From Candidatus Niyogibacteria bacterium CG10_big_fil_rev_8_21_14_0_10_46_36 (GTDB lineage: Bacteria > Patescibacteriota > Minisyncoccia > 1-14-0-10-42-19): 64,000 nucleotides of DNA. Positions 46,004 through 56,012 of the stretch are shown in pieces. The DNA is taken from assembly GCA_002772995.1 (NCBI GenBank), contig PFCO01000005.1, forward strand, positions 17,001-81,000, in the 5' to 3' direction. Below the pieces are notes generated by a model, which made no database searches, was not told the DNA's origin, and saw only the letters and a list, made by a program, of their open reading frames with translations. Made by a program: the position numbers and the translations under genes. Each line of letters opens with the position of its first letter. Within the stretch, counting starts at the first letter, position 1.

Positions 46004-48259
46004 ATGCAATTCCGTCTCTCCAACATTCATTTTTTAAAATCAGCGCTGTTCGCCCTCGTGCTCTGCGGAGTCGCAATCACAGGACTTTTCTTGAGTTACT
46101 CGTATGCACACGCACAAGGTCCCATAGGGGGGACTGATCCCGGCCTTGGGATAGAACAAAAGGAATCTACCGATAAAGTAAACGATCTGGGGAAGACGCC
46201 TGATTGCGGGATAAGTAATTTTTATAAAGGGAAGTGTATCGCCCGCGGCCTTGCATGGGTAGCTCAAATATTTCTTAATGTTGTAGGATATGTTCTCATT
46301 TTTTCCGCGTTCATTTTTGACAAAGTAAAAGACATAGCGCTCAATCCGGATACATATAAAAACATAGATGTTGTTAAAAGAGGCTGGACAATGGTTCGGG
46401 ATGTTACGAACATATTTTTTATTTTTATACTTCTTGTCATTGCTATCGCCACGATTCTCCGGCGCGAATCGTATGGAGCAAAACAACTCCTCCCCCGCCT
46501 CATTCTTGTTGCCCTTTTCATCAACTTTTCTTTTACCATAACGCTATACGCCATTCTTCCCGCAAACTCCCTTGCTAATTATTTCACCACAATTATCAGA
46601 ACAAACAATAAAGGAAACTCCATAGACTACTATGCCGATTCTACTGAAGAAGTAGCCCAACACTTCATTGATGGCCTTAAGCCCGGCGAACTCGCTACAC
46701 GATTTGCGAATAGCGACCAAAAAGAAAGATATGAGCTCTTAAATTCGTCCCAAAACCAAATATTGGAAAACAGCGAAAAAGACGACCAGGCAGAACTCAA
46801 TACAGCGATTTATCTTATCATTACAATAGTTTTTGGTATTGCATTAATTCTTATGGCGGCCTTTGTGCTTTTGGTAGCAGCGCTCCTTTTCCTCATACGC
46901 ATAGCGATTCTATGGGTCTTAATGATATTTGCTCCATTGGCATTTCTGTTTATGATACTCCCCCGAACACAAAGCATTGCCCGGGAATGGTGGAGCAGAC
47001 TTATTGACCAAGCACTCTTTCCTGCAGTATTTCTCTTTTTCTTCTTCATTGTTGTATCACTTGGCGCAAGCACATATGTCAAGGACTCTATATTTAAGAT
47101 TAGCGACGGAGATCAGACCAATTTTGTTGCGTTTGTGGCGTATTATCTTATTCAGGTTATCCTTCTGTACATAAGCTTAATCGTAGCGAGGCGTATGGGC
47201 GGGTACGCGGGCAGCACCGCTATCTCTTGGGCGGGATCAGTGCGCAAATTCGCTACGGGTGCAGCTGGAGGTATTGTTGGAGGCGCGGCGGGGTATGCTG
47301 CAAGCAGAGTTGCTGAGCGTGAGGTGGCCAGACGTGGAGATGAAGGCATGGCAGAGCTTAAGACGGGCGGTGCATTCTCGCGTCTCCAAGCGCGCACCAT
47401 AGAAAAATTAGCAGCGCCTCGCGCAAAAGATACCGGGGAGTACGCAAAAAGCATGATGTCTCTTGCCCCGCGTGAATTTATGTCACGCTTCAAGGGCAGT
47501 TCTCTCGCACAGCAAAATGAAATGCTGAAGAACGAAGAAGCAATCAAACGCCTTGCAAAAGCGCGCGACGCAGACAGCACAAGCGCCCAAGACAAGGCTC
47601 ATATAGACTCAATACTTAAACGGCAAAGCTACCAAACGCAAACGAAGTTCTTTAAAGAAGCACCGAAGGCATTTGCTGAAAAACTTGTAAATAACGAGAT
47701 ACGGAAAGATACAAGAGAAGAGGTTCTTAAGACCGCAGACAAGGAAACAATGCAAAAGATAGGAAAAGCAATGGTTGGCATTGATGCCGAAGAAACAAGC
47801 GCTTTGTTTGAATCAATGCAAAAAGAAGGGCTGAAGAAACAATCAAAGGACATGGCAAGCGTCTTACCACAATTCTATCAGGAGGCCGGGATGGAAATTG
47901 GACAAGCGATACGAAATATTGATTTTGAAAAGGTGGATAAAAAAGTTCTTGAAAGTCTTCACGACACACAAACAAAGAATGGCCCCGTGCTCAACAACCC
48001 CTTGGCTCGTTACACAACCCCCGCCCAACGCCAAAAGCTATTAAGCGAATTTACAGAAGCAGGAGAAATCTACTCCAAGGAAATGAAAAGTCTTGGGGAC
48101 ACGAGTAAACAAGTCGCGGCACAAATCAGAAGTGCCGGCGATGCCGCATCCGCAAACAAATTTGAAAATGATAAAGTGTTTGCTGGAGCGCATGGATTAC
48201 ATTCGGAAGACAAAACGCCCTCATATAAATCAACGGACGTAAGCGGAGAAGCAAAATAA
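46004..48259 (+). CDS. VirB6/TrbL-like polytopic membrane protein with long hydrophilic C-terminal tail
   Basis: Signal-like N-terminus, at least 6 TM segments (e.g. LIITIVFGIALILMAAFVLLVAALLFLIRIAILWVLMIFAPLAFLFMIL), then a charged tail of roughly 300 aa. Confidence 0.5.
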   Translation: MQFRLSNIHFLKSALFALVLCGVAITGLFLSYSYAHAQGPIGGTDPGLGIEQKESTDKVNDLGKTPDCGISNFYKGKCIARGLAWVAQIFLNVVGYVLIFSAFIFDKVKDIALNPDTYKNIDVVKRGWTMVRDVTNIFFIFILLVIAIATILRRESYGAKQLLPRLILVALFINFSFTITLYAILPANSLANYFTTIIRTNNKGNSIDYYADSTEEVAQHFIDGLKPGELATRFANSDQKERYELLNSSQNQILENSEKDDQAELNTAIYLIITIVFGIALILMAAFVLLVAALLFLIRIAILWVLMIFAPLAFLFMILPRTQSIAREWWSRLIDQALFPAVFLFFFFIVVSLGASTYVKDSIFKISDGDQTNFVAFVAYYLIQVILLYISLIVARRMGGYAGSTAISWAGSVRKFATGAAGGIVGGAAGYAASRVAEREVARRGDEGMAELKTGGAFSRLQARTIEKLAAPRAKDTGEYAKSMMSLAPREFMSRFKGSSLAQQNEMLKNEEAIKRLAKARDADSTSAQDKAHIDSILKRQSYQTQTKFFKEAPKAFAEKLVNNEIRKDTREEVLKTADKETMQKIGKAMVGIDAEETSALFESMQKEGLKKQSKDMASVLPQFYQEAGMEIGQAIRNIDFEKVDKKVLESLHDTQTKNGPVLNNPLARYTTPAQRQKLLSEFTEAGEIYSKEMKSLGDTSKQVAAQIRSAGDAASANKFENDKVFAGAHGLHSEDKTPSYKSTDVSGEAK

Positions 48260-48272
48260 AAAATACACACAT

Positions 48273-49169
48273 ATGAACATAACGCCTGAAGAAATCCAAA
48301 AACGATTCAAAGCGCTCCCCGAAGCGTTGCGGGAAGCGATATTTTCTGCAGAAATTTCAGAAACGCTTCTTGCAATTGGGAAAAAATACAACCTCCCCCT
48401 CGACAAGGTGGGCGAGCTTTCAACGGAGACGAGTCTTGTCATGCTCGGCGTCACTCACCCGAATCAGTACATATCAAACTTACAAAAAGTGCTCGGCGTA
48501 GAGCGCGATATCGCGCGCAATATCGCCCAAGAAGTAAACGCGCAAATATTTGCAAAAATACGGAGCGAATTAAAAACACTCCACAAGATCACAGAAAACG
48601 AAGACGCTCCCGAAAAAGCCGCCGCTTCTAAGCCCCCTGCAATGGAACCAGCCAGAGCTCCGGAGCCGGAAAAAACATCTCCGCCATCCTCCATAAAGCC
48701 ATTTGGTCACTGGGATCTTCCCCCTGTTCCGCCACCTGCAAAAAAAACATACACCTTCTCTGAACTCCAGAAAAAACAGGAAGAACAAAAACAAACACCG
48801 CCGCCCTCAACAACACTTTCAGAGAAACAACCGGCAGTCCCTTCTGTCTTGAAAAAACCATCAGAACAAAGCCTATCTAAGCCTCCTATGCCCTCGCAGA
48901 TGCCAAAAACGCATATAGAAGAGCCCCGAGACGAGCCGGCTATTCTTCAAAAGCCGGAAGAACACACACCCAAAGCGCCTTCTCCGTTTGAGGCAAAGAT
49001 ACAAGATCCGGTGTTTCATCAACAACCGTCCGAAGTAACAAAAGACGGAAAGAAAGACGCTTCTCCAAATACGACAACGAAGCCATCCGCTCATGATCCA
49101 TATCGAGAGCCCATACTTCCTGAGGAAGCGTCGTTTAATATCAATCCTCATATCAAGAAAGATGAGTAA
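48273..49169 (+). CDS. Hypothetical protein with helical N-domain and Pro-rich disordered tail
   Basis: N-terminal about 110 aa structured; the rest is P/E/K/S-rich. Confidence 0.4.
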   Translation: MNITPEEIQKRFKALPEALREAIFSAEISETLLAIGKKYNLPLDKVGELSTETSLVMLGVTHPNQYISNLQKVLGVERDIARNIAQEVNAQIFAKIRSELKTLHKITENEDAPEKAAASKPPAMEPARAPEPEKTSPPSSIKPFGHWDLPPVPPPAKKTYTFSELQKKQEEQKQTPPPSTTLSEKQPAVPSVLKKPSEQSLSKPPMPSQMPKTHIEEPRDEPAILQKPEEHTPKAPSPFEAKIQDPVFHQQPSEVTKDGKKDASPNTTTKPSAHDPYREPILPEEASFNINPHIKKDE

Positions 49170-49186
49170 TGTAACCTTTCATATGT

Positions 49187-49648
49187 ATGCGACGATTCCA
49201 AGTGCCACAATTTATTGAGGTAGAAGACAAGCTTTTCGGACCTCTCACGCTAAAACAATTTATCTATATCCTTGGAGGGGTGGCGATTACTTTTATTCTT
49301 TGGGTGTCTCTTCCGCTGTTTGTAACAATAATTCTCGGGGTGCCCATTATGGCATTCTCTCTCGGTCTTGCGTTCTATAAAGTGAATGGCGAATCGCTTA
49401 TTACCATTCTCTCACACGGCATCCAGTATCTTTCCCGCTCCCGCCTGTACATCTGGCGTAAAGAGGAAAAAAAGAGGAAAAAACCAAAAGAAGAAATCCT
49501 CCGCAAATCAAAACAAGGACTGGTAACGGTTCCGCGCGGACAAAAAGAAAGCGGACTCTCTAATCTTTCGTGGAGTCTCGATGTGCAAAAGAACTTAAAA
49601 GCAGAGCGCAATATCCCGCAGCCGTTTGAGCTGCGCAATAAAAAATAA
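49187..49648 (+). CDS. PrgI/VirB3-like small membrane protein
   Basis: QVPQFIEVEDKLFGPLTLKQFIYILGGVAITFILW followed by two TM segments. Its position immediately upstream of VirB4 is as seen for PrgI-family proteins. Confidence 0.5.
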   Translation: MRRFQVPQFIEVEDKLFGPLTLKQFIYILGGVAITFILWVSLPLFVTIILGVPIMAFSLGLAFYKVNGESLITILSHGIQYLSRSRLYIWRKEEKKRKKPKEEILRKSKQGLVTVPRGQKESGLSNLSWSLDVQKNLKAERNIPQPFELRNKK

Positions 49649-49649
49649 C

Positions 49650-50342
49650 ATGGAAACACCAGCAGTAAAAAAAAGCAGAGCGGCGCAAAACTTTGTCCCA
49701 CTTCAGGAAATACGGGACGGTATTGCGATTACCAAAGACAAGTCCATGCATGTGGTGCTGATGGCTTCTTCGCTTAACTTTGCGCTCAAGTCCGTGGACG
49801 AACAAGATGCGATTATCTCTCAATATCAAAACCTTTTAAATTCGCTTGATTTTTCTATCCAATTTTTTATTCAGTCCCGAAAACTGGATATTGAGCCGTA
49901 CTTGGACACGCTTCGCGAAGCACTACAGGGCCAATCAAACGAGCTTATAAAAATACAAACCCGGGAATATATTGAATTCGTAAAAAACTTTGTGCAAGCG
50001 GCAAACATCGTTTCAAAGACATTCTATGTTGTCGCTTCATATGTCCCCCCTCTCATTAAGACGAAACGGGGCGGAATGTTGGGGCAGTTTGCTGATATAT
50101 TCAAAAGAAACAAAGAAGACAAAGAGCACTACATTCCGGACGAAGAGTTTGAAGAATACAAAATCCAGCTCTGGCAACGGGTCAATTCTGTAGCAACGGG
50201 ACTCGGGCGCACTGGTGTGCGCGTCGTCCCGCTAAACACCGAGGAGCTCATTGAGCTTTATTATAGCTTGTTTAATCCGGGAGAGATTGAGCGCGGAGGA
50301 ACGCCTCACATAGAAACATCATTAGGAGACGGAGAAGTATAG
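49650..50342 (+). CDS. VirB4 N-terminal-domain-like protein (possible split VirB4 part 1)
   Basis: IAITKDKSMHVVLMASSLNFALKSVDEQDAIISQYQNLLNSLDFSIQFFIQ resembles the extreme N-terminus of Gram-positive VirB4/TraE proteins. ATG at 49650 lies just after the PrgI-like stop. Confidence 0.4.
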   Translation: METPAVKKSRAAQNFVPLQEIRDGIAITKDKSMHVVLMASSLNFALKSVDEQDAIISQYQNLLNSLDFSIQFFIQSRKLDIEPYLDTLREALQGQSNELIKIQTREYIEFVKNFVQAANIVSKTFYVVASYVPPLIKTKRGGMLGQFADIFKRNKEDKEHYIPDEEFEEYKIQLWQRVNSVATGLGRTGVRVVPLNTEELIELYYSLFNPGEIERGGTPHIETSLGDGEV

Positions 50343-50449
50343 CCTGTCCCGCTAGAAATCTCTCGCAAAGAGCCCCACGAGGACAAAACAAATTACAATA
50401 TTATTTTATGAGACATTATTATTTTCAAAGAATAAATTTCTAACGGGAT

Positions 50450-52276
50450 ATGGTGTTCGGATTTGGAAAAAAGAAAAAAGAAGAAAAGGATGATATCCTT
50501 GCAATATTCCCGGAACAAATCTACGAAACGGGCCTTTTGGAATTACGCGACGTTATCGCTCCCTCCGCTCTTGAGATAAGTTCAAATTTCGTTAAATTGG
50601 GGGAGAAATTTACACGCACAATCTACGTGTTTTCATACCCGCGCTTTTTATCGGTGAATTGGTTCTCCCCTGTTATCAACCTTGACCGTGTTTTTGATGT
50701 AGCGCTTTTCGTTCACCCCATAGATACCGCGGAGGTTTTACGCCAGCTCCAAAAGAAAGTTGCCGAGGTTCAGTCTCAGATTCATATCAGAGAAGAAAAA
50801 GGATTTGTGCGCGACCCTGTACTTGATACCGCATACGGCGACCTTGAAACGCTCCGGGATAAATTACAACAAGCGCAAGAACACTTATTCTCTTTCGGTT
50901 TATATATAACGCTTTACGCAGATTCCATTGAAGAGCTGAATAAAACGGAATCAGAAGTCCGTTCTCTTTTAGAATCAAAGCTTGTGTATACAAAACCTGC
51001 GCTCTTCCGCCAGGAACAGGGGCTTGTTGCGGTTTTCCCATTCGGCTCCGACCAGCTCGAAGTAAACTCGCGCCTGAACTCCTCTCCCCTTTCAAGCATC
51101 TTCCCATTCGTGTCTTTTGATCTTACCTCAAATCGCGGCGTACTATATGGTGTAAACCGGCACAACAACAGCTTGGTGCTATTCGACCGATACAGCCTTG
51201 AAAACTACAATTCCGTTATCTTTGGAAAGGCTGGCGGAGGAAAAAGTTATGCAACCAAGCTTGAGGTGCTCCGAGCGCTCATGTTTGAGGGGGAGGTTAT
51301 TGTAATCGACCCTGAACGCGAGTATGAATACCTTGCCGAAACAACCGACGGAAGATATTTTAATATTTCTCTCTCCTCAAACCACCACATTAACCCGTTT
51401 GACCTTCCTGTCCCGCAGGAAGACGAATCTACCGCTGAGATATTGCGAGAGCACATCATTAATCTTATCGGGCTTTTTCGTATTATGATGGGGGGATTAA
51501 GTCCGCAAGAAGACGCTATTTTAGACCAGGCAATCACCGAAACATACGCCTCGCGCGACATCACCGCAGAATCAGATCTTGCGGGCGTCATTCCTCCGAC
51601 ACTCTCCGACCTTGAGCTCATTCTGGCAAACATGGAAGGAGGCGAATCCCTTGCGATGCGCCTGCGCAAATATACTCAAGGAACATGGGCGGACTTCATC
51701 AACAAACCGACAAATGTGGATATCAACAAAAAAATGGTGGTATTTTCCGTCCGAGACATGTCTGACGAACTCCGGCCGGTTGCCATCTATCTTATCGTGC
51801 ACCATATATGGAATGTCATCCGAAGAAACCTCAAAAAACGCCTTCTCGTAGTGGATGAGGCGTGGTGGATTATGAAAGAAGAAGATGGCGCATCATTCTT
51901 ATTCGGTATCGCAAAACGGGCGCGTAAGTATTACCTGGGAGTAGCAACTGTAACCCAAGATGTGGGCGATTTTTTGCGCTCTCCTTATGGCATACCCATC
52001 ATCACCAACTCTTCCATGCAGCTTTTATTGAAACAGTCTCCCGCAACAATAGACCTTGTGCAGGAAACCTTTAACCTTACCGAGGAAGAGAAGTTCCTCC
52101 TCTTAGAAGCGGAGGTGGGAGAGGGTATCTTTTTTGCGGGTCTCAAGCATGTCGCAATCAAAATTATTGCGTCTTACACCGAAGACCAAATCATTACATC
52201 AGACCCCGCTCAGCTCCTCGCAATCAAAAAAGCGAAGCAAGAATTTAAAAGCACCCAAGGGGAAAGTAACTCATAA
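50450..52276 (+). CDS. VirB4/TraE-type conjugative-transfer-like ATPase
   Basis: IAPSALEISSNFVKLGEKFTRTIYVFSYP, Walker A GKAGGGKSYATK, VIVIDPEREY, Walker B LLVVDEAWWI (DEAW). Confidence 0.75.
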   Translation: MVFGFGKKKKEEKDDILAIFPEQIYETGLLELRDVIAPSALEISSNFVKLGEKFTRTIYVFSYPRFLSVNWFSPVINLDRVFDVALFVHPIDTAEVLRQLQKKVAEVQSQIHIREEKGFVRDPVLDTAYGDLETLRDKLQQAQEHLFSFGLYITLYADSIEELNKTESEVRSLLESKLVYTKPALFRQEQGLVAVFPFGSDQLEVNSRLNSSPLSSIFPFVSFDLTSNRGVLYGVNRHNNSLVLFDRYSLENYNSVIFGKAGGGKSYATKLEVLRALMFEGEVIVIDPEREYEYLAETTDGRYFNISLSSNHHINPFDLPVPQEDESTAEILREHIINLIGLFRIMMGGLSPQEDAILDQAITETYASRDITAESDLAGVIPPTLSDLELILANMEGGESLAMRLRKYTQGTWADFINKPTNVDINKKMVVFSVRDMSDELRPVAIYLIVHHIWNVIRRNLKKRLLVVDEAWWIMKEEDGASFLFGIAKRARKYYLGVATVTQDVGDFLRSPYGIPIITNSSMQLLLKQSPATIDLVQETFNLTEEEKFLLLEAEVGEGIFFAGLKHVAIKIIASYTEDQIITSDPAQLLAIKKAKQEFKSTQGESNS

Positions 52277-52281
52277 TCCCT

Positions 52282-52770
52282 ATGGCAGAAGAGAACACCA
52301 TTGAACAGGCGCGGTCACTTGCTCTTCAAGAAAGGCGCGCAGAACAAAAAAAGGAACAAGAAAAAAAAAGAGAGGTTCAAAAGATAATGCGCCAAATCAA
52401 CGCTATTAAAGATTCTTTGCCTCCGAAAATAAACCTCACAGAATCAATATCAATGGTCGGATTTGCCTTAATTTCCGATATTGTTGATTGGCTAGTCATT
52501 GGCTCAATACCTATCCTGGGTGATATACTAGACATAGTGACATGGATGATCGTAGGTTTCTGGATGTGGTGGCGTAAACTAAAGCGTGCACCTGGAAGCA
52601 TTGAGGCGGGCATTATAGAATTGATACCGGTTGCTGATATTCTGCCGACATGGACCGCAATAGTTGTTCTTTCTATACTATATAACAATCACAAGCGCGC
52701 CCAGGCAGCAGGCGAGATTAAAAAACTGCACGCTCTCCAAAAACAAGCACAAGCCATAGCCGCGTCTTGA
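52282..52770 (+). CDS. Small membrane protein (charged N-term coiled region + 3 TM)
   Basis: 162 aa with hydrophobic segments ISMVGFALISDIVDWLVIGSIPILG, IVTWMIVGFWMWW, ILPTWTAIVVLSILY. Confidence 0.4.
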   Translation: MAEENTIEQARSLALQERRAEQKKEQEKKREVQKIMRQINAIKDSLPPKINLTESISMVGFALISDIVDWLVIGSIPILGDILDIVTWMIVGFWMWWRKLKRAPGSIEAGIIELIPVADILPTWTAIVVLSILYNNHKRAQAAGEIKKLHALQKQAQAIAAS

Positions 52771-52782
52771 TACATCTTATCA

Positions 52783-53757
52783 ATGAGCATAAAAAAAACA
52801 TTTCCTATACTATGTGCGGCACTTTTTCTTTTGTACACAGCCGCAGCCGCCCAGACCACAAAAGAAGGTACCGCCACAATAATACTGAACCCGCTTTCCC
52901 CCGGTCCAGATGAAGAGGTCACCGCAGAACTCCGCGGTTTTAGTTTTGATATCAATGCGTCCTTTATTACATGGACAAGAAACGGCAGCATATCGCTTTC
53001 AGGGACAGGCTCAAAATCATTCAAGTTCCGCACTGGAGCAATAGGAAAAAAAGAGGTTATAAGTGCAACCGCCCGCACCATTGACGGGAAAGAGATAACC
53101 GCAACCACAGAATTTCTTTTGGGTGATGTTGACCTCTTATGGAAAGCAGACACGACAATCCCCCCGGAATATAAAGGGAAAGCGCTTCCAAGCCCATTTT
53201 CTTCAATAGCCGTTGTCGCTATTCCTCATTTTTCTTCGGGAGGATTTACGAGCTCCGTGAGCGACCTGGAATTTGAGTGGCTCCTTGACGGAAAACGGGA
53301 CGAATCCGCGTCTGGCACCGGAAAAAACACTTATCGCTTTACCGCAGGCGCGTCCCCCACAAATCAGGAAATAACGGCCAAAGTAAAAAATAACGAAAAG
53401 GATATCTCATTTGAAAAAAGCGTATTCATTCCCGTGCACCAACCAGAAGTATTTTTATACGAGGAGCGCCCCTTAGAAGGACCGTTTATGAATGTCGCCC
53501 TATCCCAAAAAACGCTCCACTCAAGTGAAATAAAGGCGTTTCGGGCGGTTCCCTATTTTTTTCCTGAAGAAGATACGCAGTCTCTCTCCTATACGTGGTC
53601 CCAAAATGGAGAAGAAAAAAAGACTTCACCTGTTCATATATTCCAATTTTCATCTGAAAAATCGGGACGCCAAACAATAACGCTCGAGGTGCTTATCCAA
53701 AATACAAAGCACACCATTCAAAAAGCATTAGCAAAAATTGCCATCAATGTTCAATAA
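52783..53757 (+). CDS. Secreted protein with repeated beta-rich modules
   Basis: Signal peptide ...AAAQT. Internal repeat of roughly 100 aa (…RTGAIGKKEVISATARTIDGKEITAT… / …RFTAGASPTNQEITAKVKNNEKDISF…). Confidence 0.4.
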   Translation: MSIKKTFPILCAALFLLYTAAAAQTTKEGTATIILNPLSPGPDEEVTAELRGFSFDINASFITWTRNGSISLSGTGSKSFKFRTGAIGKKEVISATARTIDGKEITATTEFLLGDVDLLWKADTTIPPEYKGKALPSPFSSIAVVAIPHFSSGGFTSSVSDLEFEWLLDGKRDESASGTGKNTYRFTAGASPTNQEITAKVKNNEKDISFEKSVFIPVHQPEVFLYEERPLEGPFMNVALSQKTLHSSEIKAFRAVPYFFPEEDTQSLSYTWSQNGEEKKTSPVHIFQFSSEKSGRQTITLEVLIQNTKHTIQKALAKIAINVQ

Positions 53758-54814
53758 GTGTTTTTATATATTTTTCATAGTGACGTTAATTGTTTTTGCT
53801 CAGCCAGCATTTGCTAGAGAGGTGTGGGTTTGCACGACTCCAATTGGGGGAACAACCGTATTTCTTCAACAAGACTTATGCGCAACGCAATGTAACGGTT
53901 CATGTGCGCAGTCGACTGTTCCCGACAACAATACAACCATTGAAATTTGTCCTATAGACGGGTCGGCATACCCACCCAACCCTACGAACCCGCTCGAGAG
54001 CTGTGCGGCGGCCTGTGGGGCATCGTGCACACAGGCGTCTGTCCCGGGGAGCGCTGGGGGAGCGGACACGCCTACTATTGGGGGGTCTTCTTCATCAAAC
54101 GATGGCGGCGCGCTTTTTATACAATTTTTAAACTGGCTTTTCCCCGCACTTCTTTCTATCGCAGCGCTCCTCGCGTTTGTGATGATCGTGTTTGCGGGAT
54201 TTAAGTGGATTGCCGCTGCAGGAAACCCCGCAGCAATAGAGGATGCGAAAGACATGATAATCAAAGCTGTTTTGGGACTTATCCTCGCCTTCATGTCCTG
54301 GCTTGTTTTAAACACCATCAATCCTAATCTCGTCGGGGGAGGGCTCCCTGGAGGCGGAGGCTTAAACCCCCCGGAGAACGAACAGCCAAACCCTCCCGGC
54401 AACAACCAAGACAACCCCCCTACACCAGGGACGCTTACTGACGAAGAGGCACGAAGCCAGCTTAACGCTGCCGGGATACAGGTAACATCAAGCGGAGGCT
54501 GCAGTGACCAACAAAACCCATCCTGCACATCACTTGAAGGCATACCGGCCTCTACCGTACAAAGCCTTATTTCAATTAAACAGCAATGCGGATGCTCCAT
54601 TACGATAACCGGAGGCACGGAGGTGGGACACCAAACACACGGACCGGGAAAGCCCATAGTTGACCTTTCTTTTAACGAGCCGCTTGCAAGCTATCTGCAC
54701 GATAATGCGTCATCCCTCGGCATAAGCACCATATGTACTGCGCCACAAGATGCCCAATATCGGCATAATTGCAATTTTAACGAGAGCTCACGCCATCTTC
54801 ATGTTTCATTTTAA
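53738..54814 (+). CDS. Tripartite protein: Cys-rich secreted N-domain + VirB2/TrbC-like hairpin + C-terminal putative Zn-peptidase (M15/hedgehog-DD-peptidase-like) domain
   Basis: Signal peptide and a Cys-rich region paralogous to the 24881 protein. Hairpin FIQFLNWLFPALLSIAALLAFVMIVFAGFKWIAAAGNPAAIEDAKDMIIKAVLGLILAFMSWLVL. The C-terminus has SITITGG...GHQTHGPGKPIVDLSF ... HLHVSF, which is H..G...D-like; this assignment is tentative. Confidence 0.45.
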   Translation: MPSMFNKCFYIFFIVTLIVFAQPAFAREVWVCTTPIGGTTVFLQQDLCATQCNGSCAQSTVPDNNTTIEICPIDGSAYPPNPTNPLESCAAACGASCTQASVPGSAGGADTPTIGGSSSSNDGGALFIQFLNWLFPALLSIAALLAFVMIVFAGFKWIAAAGNPAAIEDAKDMIIKAVLGLILAFMSWLVLNTINPNLVGGGLPGGGGLNPPENEQPNPPGNNQDNPPTPGTLTDEEARSQLNAAGIQVTSSGGCSDQQNPSCTSLEGIPASTVQSLISIKQQCGCSITITGGTEVGHQTHGPGKPIVDLSFNEPLASYLHDNASSLGISTICTAPQDAQYRHNCNFNESSRHLHVSF

Positions 54815-54816
54815 TT

Positions 54817-55962
54817 ATGTCTAAACCGCTCGCCATCGGACTCATCATACTTTTTATAGGCATTATTGCTATCGGTATTGTTTTGCTAGCGTCCCAAAAC
54901 GGCCCGGGAAATGTGCAGGCTCCAGAACCAAACAATCAAGGCTCATCCTTCCCGCAATCACAAACACAAAACCCTCCCCCAACATCAAGCGGCATTCTGC
55001 CGTCTGAACGAGATCTGATTAAAATAACAAACGGAGCAATAAGCGGATTTACGCCTGCTACTGCGGGGGTGCGTTTCATAGAAAAAACAACCGGCCATGT
55101 ATTTGATTCCTCCGCTGACGGACAAACGCAAATAAAAATATCCAACACAACCATCCCTCAAAGTATTGATGCGCTCTGGTCAGAAAATGAAAATTACGCC
55201 ATTTTGCGCTACCGGGAAAACGAAGAAATAAAAACGGTTTTATCGCAGTTCGGAAACTCAAAAACTGACGGGGTTATTCTTCCCACAGACATCCTTTCTT
55301 TTTCATACGCACCGGAGCGTCTTCGTGTGTTTTACACCGTTCCGGGAGACAATGACATCATCGGCATAGCGGCAAGCACCGACAACACCGCTCAAACTCA
55401 AGTTGTCCGCCTCCCTGACACAAATTTTGTCGTTGAGTGGTACAGCCCCCGGGAAATCTCTTTTCTTACTCCCCCATCCGCATTCGCCGCAGGTTTTTTA
55501 TACCGATACAATATTGATGTCGGCTCATTTGAGAAACTATTAGGCAATATACCGGGACTTGATATTGCGTGGTCCAAGAATAAGCGACGAATATTGTTTT
55601 CGCAATCAAACGCGGGAACAGGAAAATCAAATCTCTTCGTGTTTAATCTGCAAACAGGGACGGTTGAGGATCTGGGGACAGAGGGACTCGCGCAAAAATG
55701 CGTATGGGAAGACGACATCGTTGTGTATTGCGGTATACCAACAACAATGTCCCGCGGCTCATACCCGGATGATTGGTTCTCGGGCTCCGTTACATTGAAC
55801 GATCGTATTTGGTGGATAAATACAAGCTCATTCGAAAAAACGATAGTAAAAACACTTCCCGATATTGATGTGGCAGAAATACGCATAAGCGACGCGGCGG
55901 ATCATCTGTTCCTCACAAACAAAAAAGACGGCACACTGTGGAGCGTGCACCTTAACGAATAA
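54817..55962 (+). CDS. N-anchored hypothetical protein (beta-propeller-like extracellular domain)
   Basis: TM LAIGLIILFIGIIAIGIVLLA, then about 340 aa of beta-rich sequence with W/Y-containing repeats. Confidence 0.4.
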   Translation: MSKPLAIGLIILFIGIIAIGIVLLASQNGPGNVQAPEPNNQGSSFPQSQTQNPPPTSSGILPSERDLIKITNGAISGFTPATAGVRFIEKTTGHVFDSSADGQTQIKISNTTIPQSIDALWSENENYAILRYRENEEIKTVLSQFGNSKTDGVILPTDILSFSYAPERLRVFYTVPGDNDIIGIAASTDNTAQTQVVRLPDTNFVVEWYSPREISFLTPPSAFAAGFLYRYNIDVGSFEKLLGNIPGLDIAWSKNKRRILFSQSNAGTGKSNLFVFNLQTGTVEDLGTEGLAQKCVWEDDIVVYCGIPTTMSRGSYPDDWFSGSVTLNDRIWWINTSSFEKTIVKTLPDIDVAEIRISDAADHLFLTNKKDGTLWSVHLNE

Positions 55963-55974
55963 CTGGCACAATCA

Positions 55975-56004
55975 AAAAACCCGCGCGAGCACGCGCGGGT
56001 TTTT
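55975..56004. terminator. Strong bidirectional rho-independent terminator
   Basis: AAAAA-CCCGCGCG-AGCA-CGCGCGGG-TTTTT. Confidence 0.7.
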
Positions 56005-56012
56005 AATAGTTA

